From assembly GCA_016186045.1 (NCBI GenBank), contig JACPMJ010000020.1, forward strand, positions 5,435 to 69,434: a DNA stretch of 64,000 nucleotides. Reading direction: 5' to 3'. Origin of the DNA: Candidatus Uhrbacteria bacterium (GTDB lineage Bacteria > Patescibacteriota > Patescibacteriia > JACQRZ01). Below the pieces are notes generated by a model. The model was not told the origin of the DNA. It saw nothing but the letters and a program-made list of their open reading frames with translations, and searched no databases. The position numbers and the translations under genes are program-made. Positions 18,900 through 29,333 of this stretch are shown piece after piece; position 1 is the first letter of the stretch; the number at the start of each line of letters is the position of its first letter.

Positions 18900-19433
18900 A
18901 TGCATATGGAGCAATCAGAATCGCCAGCGCGCGCATTTGTTGAGCGTAAGAAATTTTTTCCAGTCCCCAAAATTTTATGGTATATCCTGTTGGCAGTGGT
19001 AGTCCTTGGCATTGGATATTACGGCTGGAGAAGCTATGAACGAAGTAAACTGTACTCAATCGTGTATCTGCAGACCGGCGAGATTTATGTGGGCAAACTT
19101 TCTTTTTTCCCAAAAGTCACTTTGGCCGATCCTTATATCTTGCGTGTGACAAAAGATGAAAAAGATCCCAAGAAAAATAATTTTCAGTTGAGCCCCCTCA
19201 AGGAGACCGTCTGGAACACCAAGAGTCTTACATTAAATAAGCCGCATATCGTTTTTTATGGTCTTTTGGATAAAGATAGCCAGGCGGGAAGAGCGCTTTC
19301 AAATAGGTCAAATAAACAAGCAGATAAACAAGCAGAGCCAGCAACTCTCCCTGAAGTTCCCGCTCGGGCTCCAGCACAAGTTCCAATACAAGCGCCTATT
19401 CAAACCCCGACTCAAGCTCCGGCTGTTGAGTAA
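18900..19433 (+). CDS. Hypothetical membrane-anchored protein with Pro/Ala/Gln-rich C-terminus
   Basis: Intact ORF with a TM segment (ILWYILLAVVVLGIGYYGW), followed by a terminator. Confidence 0.45.
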   Translation: MHMEQSESPARAFVERKKFFPVPKILWYILLAVVVLGIGYYGWRSYERSKLYSIVYLQTGEIYVGKLSFFPKVTLADPYILRVTKDEKDPKKNNFQLSPLKETVWNTKSLTLNKPHIVFYGLLDKDSQAGRALSNRSNKQADKQAEPATLPEVPARAPAQVPIQAPIQTPTQAPAVE

Positions 19434-19453
19434 ACAGAGCTCATGGGCTTGAT

Positions 19454-19489
19454 AAAACATGCTATAAAATGCATGTTTTATTTTTTTTG
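19454..19489 (+). terminator. Rho-independent terminator
   Basis: aaaacatgc-tataaaat-gcatgtttt followed by a T10 run. Confidence 0.55.
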
Positions 19490-19572
19490 TGTGAAAATAA
19501 CTTATGCACAGAACTCATGGAACAGGATGATGTATACTAAAAGTAAAGAAATCAACTCTAATTATTAGTGAA

Positions 19573-21516
19573 GTGAACGTTATGAAGAGATTGTTCATAC
19601 GAGGCTCAAGTTTTTTTGTGGCCTTAGTTTTTTTGTTTTTTGGCAGTACGCCGGTGTGGGCGGCGCTTACATTTGATGCAACCTCCATCACCACTGATGG
19701 CGCGTTTACGTTGAATGGGGTTGCGGGATCCGCATACGCCATTGGCGGCAGTACCGTAGCTGGAACTATTACTATCGGCGGCACTGCGCAGACCGGACTC
19801 TTAACACTCGGACAGAGTAGCGGTACGAATACTATAGCGATTGGCTCTGGTACCGGTGCGACCACGGTGCAGATCGCGACAGGCGCGACAAATGCAAAGA
19901 CCGTCCAGATCGGGACCGGCGCGGTGGCAAATACCATCACCATCGGATCGGCGGCGACCACCGGACTTTCGCTTACTGATGATAACTGGAATATTACTGC
20001 CGCTGGCGTAGGAACATTTGACTCACTCGTTCTCAATGGCACGACTGATATCACCTCTGAAACAAATGAAGCTTTAACAATCACGCCAAACGGTACAGGC
20101 GATATTTCTCTCTCTGTGGATGGTGATTCAGAGGTTGGCATCACCGCCTCAGCCGCTCCGACCGCGGATATGGTAACTATCACAAACGCGGGACAGGGTA
20201 CCGTTACCAACGGCGTTGATGCTCTTGCGATTAACTTAGTCACCGCGGCAGTAGCAGGAAACCGAGACCACTCCGGTCTGGACATCACTGTAGATCAAGC
20301 TGGCGCCACAGAAGCGGGAGACACGATTCAGGGCATAAACATTGCGGCGCTTGGGGTAAATCCCACCGGATTGGCAAATGCGATTGAGATCGGCGCAAAC
20401 TGGGATAATGCTCTCTTGATTGGCGCCAATGATATTGAGGGAACTGACGCAACGATTACCTTTACCGATTTTACGCTTGCGGCAGAGGGTCGTATTGCTA
20501 TGAATCCTGACACAGCTGGCGATGCAATCACTATTACGAGTGCAGCGGGTGCATCAGAGGCGATCTCTATAGACTCAACCGCAGATGTTACTGATCCAGA
20601 CGGCGTTATTGATATGGATGTAGATGTGAATAGTGTTCCAGGACAAAACGTTGAGGGTATTAATCTCGATTTTGAACTTGTCACTGGTGGTACGGGAAAT
20701 GTTTCGGAAACGCATTCAGCATTTTTGATCACCGCGACTCAAAATAGCTCAGATGAAGCAAATGATGATGTTTTTTACGGAATTAACATTGCAAACATGG
20801 GCGGCACGGCACGAGATGGTGTTGAGGCGGCTATAGCTATTGGTGATTCATGGGATCGGAATCTTTTATTCCTCGATGCAAGTACTTCAATCGGTATCTC
20901 GGACGCTGGTACATTCACCTTCGAGAACGCATCAGGAACCGACTTCTTCACCGCAGCTGCAGGTACGTTCACTGTTACGGGTGCTCTGAATCCTGAAGCG
21001 GCTGGTACTCGCGACCTTGGTTTGACCACTGCAGAGTGGGATCAGATCTATCTCGCTGATGATGGCGGACTCGAACTTGGTCTTGATCAAGATGCAACGC
21101 TTGCGTATGACGAAGTAGGAGATGCAACTGGTGATCGTGTGGAGCTTACCGGAACCAATGCTTCTCTCTGGCTTGAAGATCGCCTCTCACTTGGCATTCA
21201 AACGGTTACAATTGCTGATGATGGAAACGGTGGTACATCTCCGACTGATACAACAGCTCCAACTACTGCGTTCGTTCAAGTCGTCTGTAACGATGCACAA
21301 GGTTGCAATTATACTTTTGCAGAATCGAGTGCAAAAGTAGGTGATCTCTTGATCATCGTTAATAATTCAGTAAATAGTGTTGTTATCACTGATACAGTAG
21401 ATCAAATCAATGCTAGCGCGGCAACGGTAACACTTGGTACGGACGATACAATAATGTTTATTTATTCGGATCAAGCTAATGATGAATGGGTACAGTTAGG
21501 AACATCAAATAATTAA
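19573..21516 (+). CDS. Secreted G/T/A-rich beta-helix/fibre-like surface protein (647 aa)
   Basis: Signal peptide MNVMKRLFIRGSSFFVALVFLFFGSTPVWAA. Low-complexity (T/G/A/I) repetitive composition typical of fibrous adhesin or tail-fibre-like folds. No enzymatic motif. Confidence 0.55.
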   Translation: MNVMKRLFIRGSSFFVALVFLFFGSTPVWAALTFDATSITTDGAFTLNGVAGSAYAIGGSTVAGTITIGGTAQTGLLTLGQSSGTNTIAIGSGTGATTVQIATGATNAKTVQIGTGAVANTITIGSAATTGLSLTDDNWNITAAGVGTFDSLVLNGTTDITSETNEALTITPNGTGDISLSVDGDSEVGITASAAPTADMVTITNAGQGTVTNGVDALAINLVTAAVAGNRDHSGLDITVDQAGATEAGDTIQGINIAALGVNPTGLANAIEIGANWDNALLIGANDIEGTDATITFTDFTLAAEGRIAMNPDTAGDAITITSAAGASEAISIDSTADVTDPDGVIDMDVDVNSVPGQNVEGINLDFELVTGGTGNVSETHSAFLITATQNSSDEANDDVFYGINIANMGGTARDGVEAAIAIGDSWDRNLLFLDASTSIGISDAGTFTFENASGTDFFTAAAGTFTVTGALNPEAAGTRDLGLTTAEWDQIYLADDGGLELGLDQDATLAYDEVGDATGDRVELTGTNASLWLEDRLSLGIQTVTIADDGNGGTSPTDTTAPTTAFVQVVCNDAQGCNYTFAESSAKVGDLLIIVNNSVNSVVITDTVDQINASAATVTLGTDDTIMFIYSDQANDEWVQLGTSNN

Positions 21517-22100
21517 TGAGGAGAATATTGAGAAATATAAAACTTTATGGAGCAACAGCAATTGTACTGTTTGCTGTGGCTCTCATAGGGACGTATCTTG
21601 AAACAAGAGAATGGAGTACGCAAAAATTTCCGGAAATTGGGGTGCAGATGAAAGTTCCAAAAGTGATCAAAGAAGGAAGTATCAATTTAGATGACAAGAA
21701 GGCAAAAGTTCTTTTTAGAGGGGAAGTTAAAAAAGAAGATCATGGAACGCCGCTTTTGATTATTTTAAGATATGAAGATGGTTTAAGAATGCCAGCAACA
21801 GTCAGTCATTTGGAAATTATTCCAATGCTTATGATGAATCTTGAACGGGCATATCCGGGCAGGTTCCCTGACTACAAAAAAAAATCTGAAAAAAAGTTTG
21901 AGTATAGAGGTAAAAAAGCCGCCGAAGTGGATTTTACCTACACAGGTCCTGCTGGAGAAATGATAAAACAGCGTTTTTTGATGGTAGAATATGATGGAGA
22001 TACCGCACTTTACTTTTCAGCCCAAGCACGAGAGGAAGATTTCGAGAAACTGAATAAAAAATACTTCAATCGCATGTTCTCAAGCATTCGGTTTAAGTAA
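21516..22100 (+). CDS. Hypothetical membrane-anchored protein (194 aa)
   Basis: Its ATG overlaps the stop codon of the preceding gene. N-terminal TM (LYGATAIVLFAVALIGTYL). Confidence 0.45.
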   Translation: MRRILRNIKLYGATAIVLFAVALIGTYLETREWSTQKFPEIGVQMKVPKVIKEGSINLDDKKAKVLFRGEVKKEDHGTPLLIILRYEDGLRMPATVSHLEIIPMLMMNLERAYPGRFPDYKKKSEKKFEYRGKKAAEVDFTYTGPAGEMIKQRFLMVEYDGDTALYFSAQAREEDFEKLNKKYFNRMFSSIRFK

Positions 22101-22136
22101 TCATCCACACACATAATTGCATAGTACTCACAACGT

Positions 22137-23405
22137 ATGACTCAAAAAAGATATATCTTTCTCATAGGAGCAGTGATAGCGGCTGGTTTTATGTTTACGG
22201 ATGGCGCGTATGCCGCAGACCTGAACTGGAGCGCGAACACGCCTATCACTGTTGGAACATATAATCTCACCATCCAAGCTGGGTCAAAGGCGCGGAATTT
22301 CATCCTTGGGCCGTCATGGATAACAGTTGTTGTCATGACCGGAGATACATTTACTATTTCATCGGCAAATAGGAATGTTCTCAGCGCAAATCCTTCATAT
22401 ACAGAAACATGCACCGACACTCTAAATTCAGTGACAGTTACTGGCAGGGATGATGCGACTCCTGTGGTTATTACTCCGCGAGAAACCATCTGTACTATTG
22501 CGAGTACGGCAGTTACCGCTCCGGTTGCCAGCGCGCCAGCGGCATCAGCGCCATCTACGCCAGCGCCGTCAAAGCCCGCAGAGGTGAAAGCCCCTGTCTC
22601 AGAACCTTCAATACAGGCTCCGGCGCCATCTACATCAACACAGGCGCCTGCGATCCAGCCACTTCAGACTCCTTCTCCAGCGCCTTCAACACAGGTTTTG
22701 GCATTAAAACCAGAAGAAGTTACACAGATAAAGGTGGAGGCCGCAGAGATTGCGTCAGTGCCAAAGGCGGCAAAAGTGGGAACAGAAGAAAAAGCAGTGC
22801 TTGCGGAAGCAGTGGATGCCGGACTTATACTGACAACCATTGTGCGGGGACGAGTAGTAAGCGCTCCTATTGCGGAAAAAATCATCGTCTCGAATCTGCT
22901 GAACAAAGAATTGGAGACCACAAAACAAATGGATTTTGACGAGAAAGTCGCGCTTTTGAAACAGGCGCAGTATCTGAATGACGGAAAACTGCCAAAGACG
23001 CAAAGCGATGTTGCAGAAGTGCTGAAACTTGCGAAGGGCGTTCCGCTTTCTGACAAGGAAATCGCTCCCAAAGCGCTTGCGGCAATCAAACGCAATGAAA
23101 CAGCGTTCTGCAAGCCCCAAGCATGCAAAGGCTTCTTGGATTTTGACAAGTATATGCGCGGTGTGGAGCCGCCAGTAGGCGATGATGCGGAAGAGCGGCA
23201 GGTAAAGGGCATGAAACTGTTTAAGCAGAAGGTGGGAAAGACTCCTGATCTTTCAAATTTGCTCCATGAAAATCTTGTTGATGCATTTGCGTATGCGGAT
23301 TTGAGCAAAGTTTCGCCTGCGCCAAAAGCAAAGCCGAAGACAAAGCAGGCGGTGCAGAAAGCGGCGCAAAAAACAGCGCCAGCTCAGGCAAAAAAGAAAA
23401 AATAG
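22137..23405 (+). CDS. Secreted protein with Pro/Ala/Ser-rich linker and lysine-rich C-terminus
   Basis: Signal peptide ending ...DGAYAADL. Central APVASAPAASAPSTPAPSKPAEVKAP linker. Confidence 0.5.
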   Translation: MTQKRYIFLIGAVIAAGFMFTDGAYAADLNWSANTPITVGTYNLTIQAGSKARNFILGPSWITVVVMTGDTFTISSANRNVLSANPSYTETCTDTLNSVTVTGRDDATPVVITPRETICTIASTAVTAPVASAPAASAPSTPAPSKPAEVKAPVSEPSIQAPAPSTSTQAPAIQPLQTPSPAPSTQVLALKPEEVTQIKVEAAEIASVPKAAKVGTEEKAVLAEAVDAGLILTTIVRGRVVSAPIAEKIIVSNLLNKELETTKQMDFDEKVALLKQAQYLNDGKLPKTQSDVAEVLKLAKGVPLSDKEIAPKALAAIKRNETAFCKPQACKGFLDFDKYMRGVEPPVGDDAEERQVKGMKLFKQKVGKTPDLSNLLHENLVDAFAYADLSKVSPAPKAKPKTKQAVQKAAQKTAPAQAKKKK

Positions 23406-23427
23406 AGTGAGAAGTAAAAACTATACA

Positions 23428-23463
23428 CATAAGAGGCGCGCACAGCCTCTTATGTTATTTGTG
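23428..23463 (+). terminator. Rho-independent terminator
   Basis: cataagaggc-gcgcaca-gcctcttatg followed by ttatttgtg. Confidence 0.55.
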
Positions 23464-23549
23464 CAGGTGGTACTGTACACGTTCGTACGAGGGTGATATG
23501 ACGGGGCTATATTTGTATTGCTTGTCCGCGCGTGATATACTGAATTGGT

Positions 23550-25673
23550 ATGAAGATCCTGAATTTTCTGGGAAAATTCACGAGTTTTTTTGTATTACTG
23601 GGAATGGTGATACAGTTTTTCCATAGTTCGCCTATTGCATACGCAGATTTGATAGTGGAAACATTTCAGCTAAATCAGCCGCGGTTGCCTGTGCGTATCG
23701 CAGGCGCGCCTAATGATCCGCTTTACGAAAAGCAAGACTATTTTGAACAGATCCATGCGCCAGACGCATGGGCATTGAATACGGGATCCGTGCAAGTGAC
23801 TGTAGCGGTGCTTGATTCCGGTGTGGATATCAACCATCCGGATATAAGGAATAATATCTGGGTGAATGCGGACGAGGCTCCCGGAGACGGCATTGACAAT
23901 GACAACAATGGATACGTGGATGATGTGAATGGCTGGGATTTTGTGGAAGACAATCCTGATCCGCGGCCAAAATTTAGCGGCCAGTTTTCCGTTATTGGCA
24001 TTCAGCATGGTACGCTTCTTGCGGGCATCATCGCGGCTGAAGGAAATAACAGTCTTGGCGTAACTGGCGTCAGTTGGCGGAGTAAGATCCTGCCGTTACG
24101 CATTTTAGATAATCAGGGAGAGGGGGATGTGATTTCCGTAGTGAAAGCAATTGAGTATGCGATGACGAAGAAAGTTGATATTATTAATTTGAGTTTTGTC
24201 AGCGATGTGGACAGCACATTCTTGCGCGATGCCATAAAGCGTGCGCATGACGCAGGTATTATGATTGTTGCGGCATCCGGCAATGATCAAGGACAGAATC
24301 ATGGAAAGAATATTGCTCAAAAAAAAATATATCCGGTGTGCTATGACTTTGACGACAATGCGGTTATCGGAGTTGCCGCGCTGGACGCGCTTGGGCAAAA
24401 AGCACCGTTTTCAAACTTTGGCTCATGCATTGACGTATCTGCGCCAGGCATGAATGTATATGCCACGCAAGTGGTGAATTATTCCCAAGTGGGATTTGAC
24501 GCGTATTACGGCACGGGCTGGTCAGGAACATCGCTTGCGACTGCTGTGGTTACCGGCGCGCTTGCTTTGGCAAAATCCGTTAATAAAGATTTGACGTCAA
24601 AAATGGCAACAGATCTTCTCAAGAGCACCTGTACGCCGATTGATGAAATCAACGCGAGTTATGCCGGAGCGCTCGGATGCGGCCAACTTAATGTTGGCGC
24701 ATTGGTGCACGCGACCATAGATCAGATGAAAAGCCAGCAAGAAATTTCTTTTGACGAGTCAGCGCCATGGAGGAACATTCTCGCAATTGGCGACGCGCGT
24801 GGCGCAGACCCGCTTGCATTTTTTAGCAATGATGGCACAAAACGGGACGGATCACTGTATCCTTTTTCCAAATTTCATATTCCATATTCCGTGCAGGGAT
24901 CGCGCAGAGAAGCGGGGGTGTTTGTAGTTGGCGCCGGCGCAGGATCAGCGCCGCATATACGGATTTTTGACAAAGACCGTACTATGAGGAGTCAATTTTT
25001 TGCGTATCAAAAAACCATGAAAGCCGGCGTCTCTATCGCATTTGGGGATGTGGATGGAGACGGTGAAGAGGAAATAATCACTGTTCCCGGTAGTGGCGCA
25101 GGCCCGCATGTGAGGATATTCAGCCAAAACGGAGCGCTGAAAGGCCAATTCTTTGCATATCATGCGTCATTTCGCGGAGGACTGCGCATGGCGATAGGAG
25201 ACTTGAACAATGACGGAAAATCTGATATCATCATAACACCTGTAAAAGCGTCAAAAGGATTTGAAAATGATGTGCGGATTTTTGATGGAAGCGGCATATT
25301 GCGCACGCAATTTTTCGCATATCCACGGAAAAGTACGGTAAAAAATAGCGATATCGCAGTAGGGGATACAGATACTGACGGAAGCCTTGAGATTATCACT
25401 GCACCCGCGGAAGGAGCGGGCCAGGTGCGGATATTTTCATCCGTGGGAAAATTGAAGTCGCAGTTTTATCCCTATGCGAAGGAATTTGCAAATGGCGTTT
25501 CTCTGGCGAGCGCTGACATCAACCAGGATCAAAAAGATGAAATCATTGTTGTGCCTGCCAGAAAAGCTCCTGCGCACGTGCGCATGTTTTCAGAATCAGG
25601 AACGCTTATGAAACAATTTTTTGCATCAGGAAAAAATATACGCAAAGGATTTGTTCTTACAGTCATTAAATAA
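23550..25673 (+). CDS. Subtilisin-like serine protease (peptidase S8) with C-terminal FG-GAP/VCBS-like repeats
   Basis: Catalytic-triad contexts VAVLDSGVD (Asp), HGTLLAGIIAA (His) and GTSLATAVVTGALAL (Ser). C-terminal repeats such as GDVDGDGEEEIITVPGSGAGPHVRIF. Confidence 0.8.
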   Translation: MKILNFLGKFTSFFVLLGMVIQFFHSSPIAYADLIVETFQLNQPRLPVRIAGAPNDPLYEKQDYFEQIHAPDAWALNTGSVQVTVAVLDSGVDINHPDIRNNIWVNADEAPGDGIDNDNNGYVDDVNGWDFVEDNPDPRPKFSGQFSVIGIQHGTLLAGIIAAEGNNSLGVTGVSWRSKILPLRILDNQGEGDVISVVKAIEYAMTKKVDIINLSFVSDVDSTFLRDAIKRAHDAGIMIVAASGNDQGQNHGKNIAQKKIYPVCYDFDDNAVIGVAALDALGQKAPFSNFGSCIDVSAPGMNVYATQVVNYSQVGFDAYYGTGWSGTSLATAVVTGALALAKSVNKDLTSKMATDLLKSTCTPIDEINASYAGALGCGQLNVGALVHATIDQMKSQQEISFDESAPWRNILAIGDARGADPLAFFSNDGTKRDGSLYPFSKFHIPYSVQGSRREAGVFVVGAGAGSAPHIRIFDKDRTMRSQFFAYQKTMKAGVSIAFGDVDGDGEEEIITVPGSGAGPHVRIFSQNGALKGQFFAYHASFRGGLRMAIGDLNNDGKSDIIITPVKASKGFENDVRIFDGSGILRTQFFAYPRKSTVKNSDIAVGDTDTDGSLEIITAPAEGAGQVRIFSSVGKLKSQFYPYAKEFANGVSLASADINQDQKDEIIVVPARKAPAHVRMFSESGTLMKQFFASGKNIRKGFVLTVIK

Positions 25674-25692
25674 TTCGTAGCACAACCGCAGT

Positions 25693-26739
25693 ATGGAAAA
25701 AAGCAAGATAAAATTTGAGCGGCAAAATATCCTTGTCATCGGCGGCGCGGGATTTCTGGGTTCCCAGCTCTGTGAATATTTGTTGGAAAAAAACAATGTC
25801 ATTTGCGTGGATGATTATTCCTGTGGAAAGGAAAGCAACATAGACCGACTTTTGTCACACCAAAACTTTGAGTTTGTCCGCCATGATATTACGGAAGCCT
25901 TGGATTTCAAGAATTTTCCCGGCGTGGAAAAATTTCGCATGGCGTTCATCGGTGTGCATCAGGTTTATTATTTAGCTGACTTTCATTCTCCGCGCTATGC
26001 GCTTGCCAGTCCGCTTGAGACACTTATACTTGCCACAGCCGGTACGAAGAATGCCATGGACATTGCCGCCGCATATTCCGCAAAATGCATATTTATCTCT
26101 GATGCTGACGTGTATGGTGAGGTTGCGGGAGATCCCATGAAAGTTCACGAAGATGCGGTTGGCACGCTTGATTATTTATCGTTGGTCAATTATCACGGGC
26201 ATGCAAAGCGGATTGGTGAGAGTATTGCCATGCTGTATCAGAAACAAAAAAAGGTGCGCGTAAGCATTGCGCGTCTGTATACCACATATGGCCCGCACAT
26301 GCATCTTGACGACGGCCGCCTGATTCCGGACATGGTCGCGCGCGCGCTGGCAGGAAAAGAAATTGTTTTGACGCCCGGTATGGGAGCGGCAACATTTTTA
26401 TATGTGACAGATGCGATTGACGCGCTTGAAAAAGTCATGGCCGCGGAAATGCTGGGCATATTCAACATTGGAAATCCTACACAATACAGCGTGCAAGAGG
26501 CGGCAGAGCGGATTGTAAAGTTTTGCGGATCTCGATCTCCCATTGTTCGGCGAGAAGCAAATGCAGAAGAAGTGCTTACATACCGCGCGTGGGAGCAGAG
26601 CTGTCGCATAGCAAATATTGATACGCTCCGCGATGCCACAGGCTGGTTTCCGGTGGTATTGCTGGATGAAGGATTGCGAAAAACAATTGATTACATGAAA
26701 TCACTTCGCGCGATTCGGGGTGTTTTTGAAAAAGAATAA
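25693..26739 (+). CDS. NAD-dependent epimerase/dehydratase, UDP-glucuronate decarboxylase (UXS)-like
   Basis: Rossmann motif ILVIGGAGFLGS. UXS-like blocks ...NVICVDDYSCGKESNI...HQNFEFVRHDITE... and a YxxxK-like YHGHAKR. Confidence 0.6.
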   Translation: MEKSKIKFERQNILVIGGAGFLGSQLCEYLLEKNNVICVDDYSCGKESNIDRLLSHQNFEFVRHDITEALDFKNFPGVEKFRMAFIGVHQVYYLADFHSPRYALASPLETLILATAGTKNAMDIAAAYSAKCIFISDADVYGEVAGDPMKVHEDAVGTLDYLSLVNYHGHAKRIGESIAMLYQKQKKVRVSIARLYTTYGPHMHLDDGRLIPDMVARALAGKEIVLTPGMGAATFLYVTDAIDALEKVMAAEMLGIFNIGNPTQYSVQEAAERIVKFCGSRSPIVRREANAEEVLTYRAWEQSCRIANIDTLRDATGWFPVVLLDEGLRKTIDYMKSLRAIRGVFEKE

Positions 26740-26754
26740 TAGATTGACGTATAT

Positions 26755-28071
26755 ATGCTTGAGGAAATTTTTTCGCATGATCATCATGCACATGAAAAAA
26801 AATCAGAAAATTTTAGCCACCGTATCGGCAGTATAGTGATGACTATTATCGTGAGCGCGATCATCGGGTTTTTTTCCGGCGGCATAGGAATGTACGTCGG
26901 TTCATTTGTATTTCAGAAAAATATTATACCAGGCGTACAAAAAGGCGTGCAGGAATTCAAAGAACAGGCTGTTTCTCTGCAAGTGACAGAAGACTCCGCT
27001 ACCATTGACGTAGTAAGGAAAACATCACCATCCGTGGTGAGTATTATCATTAGCAAAGAATTATCGCAACTCTACAACAGGAGCGGCAGGAATATCGTGC
27101 CGTTTGATAATTTTTTTGATTTTGGATTTCCGAATGATTTTCAGTTTGAGCCTCCGCCACAAGGCGGTGAAAACAAGAGTAATAAAAAAGAACAGAAGCA
27201 GCGCATAGGCGGCGGATCAGGGTTTGTCGCTTCTTCTGATGGGCTGATTGTGACGAATAAACATGTCGTGGAAGACAGCGACGCGGAGTATATGGTGGTG
27301 ATGAACGACGGAAAGGAGTATCCCGGAAAAGTGCTGGCACAAGATCCGGTGAATGATCTTGCAATCATAAAAATAGACGCAAAAAATCTTACGCCGCTGA
27401 TATTGGGAGATTCAAGCGCTTTACAGATCGGCCAGACCGTGATTGCGATTGGAAACACGCTGGGCGAATACCGCAACACAGTGACACGCGGAGTGGTATC
27501 CGGCATCAACCGCGTGGTTGAGGCGGCAGGGTCTGCAGGCGGCGCAGAAGTCATCCAAGAGGCTATTCAGACGGATGCGGCTATCAATCCGGGAAATTCC
27601 GGCGGACCGCTGTTGAATTTGGCCGGAGAAGTAGTGGGCGTCAATACCGCGGTGAGTAGAGCAGGCCAATCCGTTGCATTTGCCATCCCTATCAATTCCG
27701 TGAAAAAATCCGTGGAAAGCGTGAAGAAAAACGGACGCATTGTCCGGCCATGGATCGGTGTGCGGTATCAGCTGATAGGCGAAGAAATGGCACAGAAAAA
27801 TAATCTGCCGGTCAAAGAAGGCGCCATCATTGTGGGCGATGTGTCAAAGAAGGAATTCGGCGTGATTTCCGGAAGTCCGGCAGAAAAAGCAGGCCTGCAA
27901 GAAGGGGATATTATTTTGGAAGTGAATGGAGAAAAAATCGGTGTGGGGCATGCGCTGTCAAATGCAGTGATGAAATATAATCCCGGCGATGAAATTACGC
28001 TCAAGGTACTTTCAAAAGGAAAAGAAAAAGAGGTCAAGGTGAAACTCGAAGAATTCAAAGAACAGAAATAA
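26755..28071 (+). CDS. htrA: HtrA/DegP-family periplasmic serine protease with PDZ domain
   Basis: Trypsin-like blocks GSGFVASSDGLIVTNKHVV, DLAIIKID and NPGNSGGPLLN. A PDZ-like C-terminus (GDIILEVNGEKI). Confidence 0.8.
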   Translation: MLEEIFSHDHHAHEKKSENFSHRIGSIVMTIIVSAIIGFFSGGIGMYVGSFVFQKNIIPGVQKGVQEFKEQAVSLQVTEDSATIDVVRKTSPSVVSIIISKELSQLYNRSGRNIVPFDNFFDFGFPNDFQFEPPPQGGENKSNKKEQKQRIGGGSGFVASSDGLIVTNKHVVEDSDAEYMVVMNDGKEYPGKVLAQDPVNDLAIIKIDAKNLTPLILGDSSALQIGQTVIAIGNTLGEYRNTVTRGVVSGINRVVEAAGSAGGAEVIQEAIQTDAAINPGNSGGPLLNLAGEVVGVNTAVSRAGQSVAFAIPINSVKKSVESVKKNGRIVRPWIGVRYQLIGEEMAQKNNLPVKEGAIIVGDVSKKEFGVISGSPAEKAGLQEGDIILEVNGEKIGVGHALSNAVMKYNPGDEITLKVLSKGKEKEVKVKLEEFKEQK

Positions 28072-28229
28072 TATATGTTTTTAACGACGAAATTATCCGA
28101 GAGTATGTTTTTTTCGGACCCTTCGGAGCGCGACTGGCGCGAGACGGAGGAAATTTTCAGTAGAAAATTATCCGTGTCCGAAAAATACATACCCGAAGGA
28201 TATAAGTTTCGTCGTTTTCAAAAATAATT

Positions 28230-29319
28230 ATGGCGAATATTCAAACAGGCATCAACGAATTAAGGGAGAAGGTTCTCCAGTTGCGGAGGTTTCTTTGACA
28301 TTGAAAAATTAAAAGCAGAGATCGTGGAGCTGGAAAAAGATATGCAGGAGAAAGATTTTTGGGCGAATCAGGAAAAAGCGCGCAGTGCGGGCAGACGGCT
28401 TGTGGTCATCAAAGAGCAGGTACATGCCTGGGATACACTGCTTTCCGACATTGAGGAATTGGAGAAATTGAGCGCGCTGGAAGACAAAGATATTCAGAAA
28501 GACATAGAGGAAATGCTTGAAGAGTGCTCTGCACGGTTTTCCAAGCTGGAATTTCAGACGCTGTTTTCCGGACCATATGATATGAACAATGCGCTTCTGG
28601 CGCTCCATGCCGGCACCGGTGGCGTAGATGCCATGGATTGGAACGAGATGCTTTTGCGCATGTATGTGCGGTTTTGTGAAAACATGGGATGGCGTGTAAA
28701 AATATTGGACGAGCTTCGTGGAAATGAGGCGGGCATCAAGACCGCGCTATTTGAAGTGGAGGGAGCATATGCGTACGGATATCTTAAAGCGGAAAACGGG
28801 GTTCATCGGTTGGTACGGATTTCTCCGTTTAATGCAGAAGGCCTGCGTCAAACATCATTTGCGCTTTTGGAAGTGATTCCCGATCTCGGCGGCATTGAGG
28901 ATATAAAAATTGTATCGGAGGACATTCGCGTGGATGTATTTCGCGCGTCCGGTAAGGGCGGACAGGGAGTGAATACTACGGACTCCGCGGTGCGCGTGAC
29001 ACATCTTCCCACCGGCATTGTGGTGTCGTGCCAGAATGAGCGGTCTCAATTGCAGAATAAGGAGACCGCCCTTCGGTATTTGAAGGCAAAACTTCGCCAG
29101 CGCGCAGAACAGGAGCGCGTGAAAGAGAAAAAAGAATTGCGTGGCGCGTATAGCGAAGCGGCGTGGGGCAATCAAATCCGTTCGTATGTGCTCAATCCGT
29201 ATACGCTTGTGAAAGATCATCGGACGCAGGTTGAAACGCAAAACGTGCAGGATGTATTGGACGGAGACATTTTACCGTTTATAGAACAGTATTTGCGAAG
29301 TGATCGGAGAAAAAAATAA
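28230..29319 (+). CDS. prfB: Peptide chain release factor 2 with programmed +1 ribosomal frameshift; coding join(28230..28295,28297..29319)
   Basis: Frame 0 MANIQTGINELREKVLQLRRFL ends at an in-frame UGA in the context GGAGG-ttt-CTT-TGA-C. The +1 frame continues DIEKLKAEIVELEKDMQEKDFW...SPFNAEGLRQTSFA...GKGGQGVNTTDSAVRVTHLPTGIVVSCQNERSQ... (GGQ and SPF motifs). This matches E. coli RF2 (...RGYL*DYDAKKER...). Confidence 0.85.
28285..28298 (+). promoter_or_regulatory. prfB autoregulatory +1 frameshift site (internal SD-like GGAGG, 3 nt, CUU UGA C)
   Basis: Read directly from the sequence. The arrangement is the same as the well-characterised E. coli RF2 frameshift signal. Confidence 0.8.
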
Positions 29320-29333
29320 CGTCAACATATCCC

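Noticed and set aside
19515-20288. 257-aa minus-strand ORF overlapping the 19573 secreted-protein gene
   Set aside because: Antisense to a gene with a signal peptide and consistent composition. The minus-strand product is low complexity.
28293-28298. UGA reassigned as a sense codon (code 4 or 25), which would make prfB read straight through
   Set aside because: A +1 shift, not read-through, is needed to restore the RF2 frame. Other genes in the window terminate at UGA (for example fusA at 56011-56013). Standard code 11 fits.
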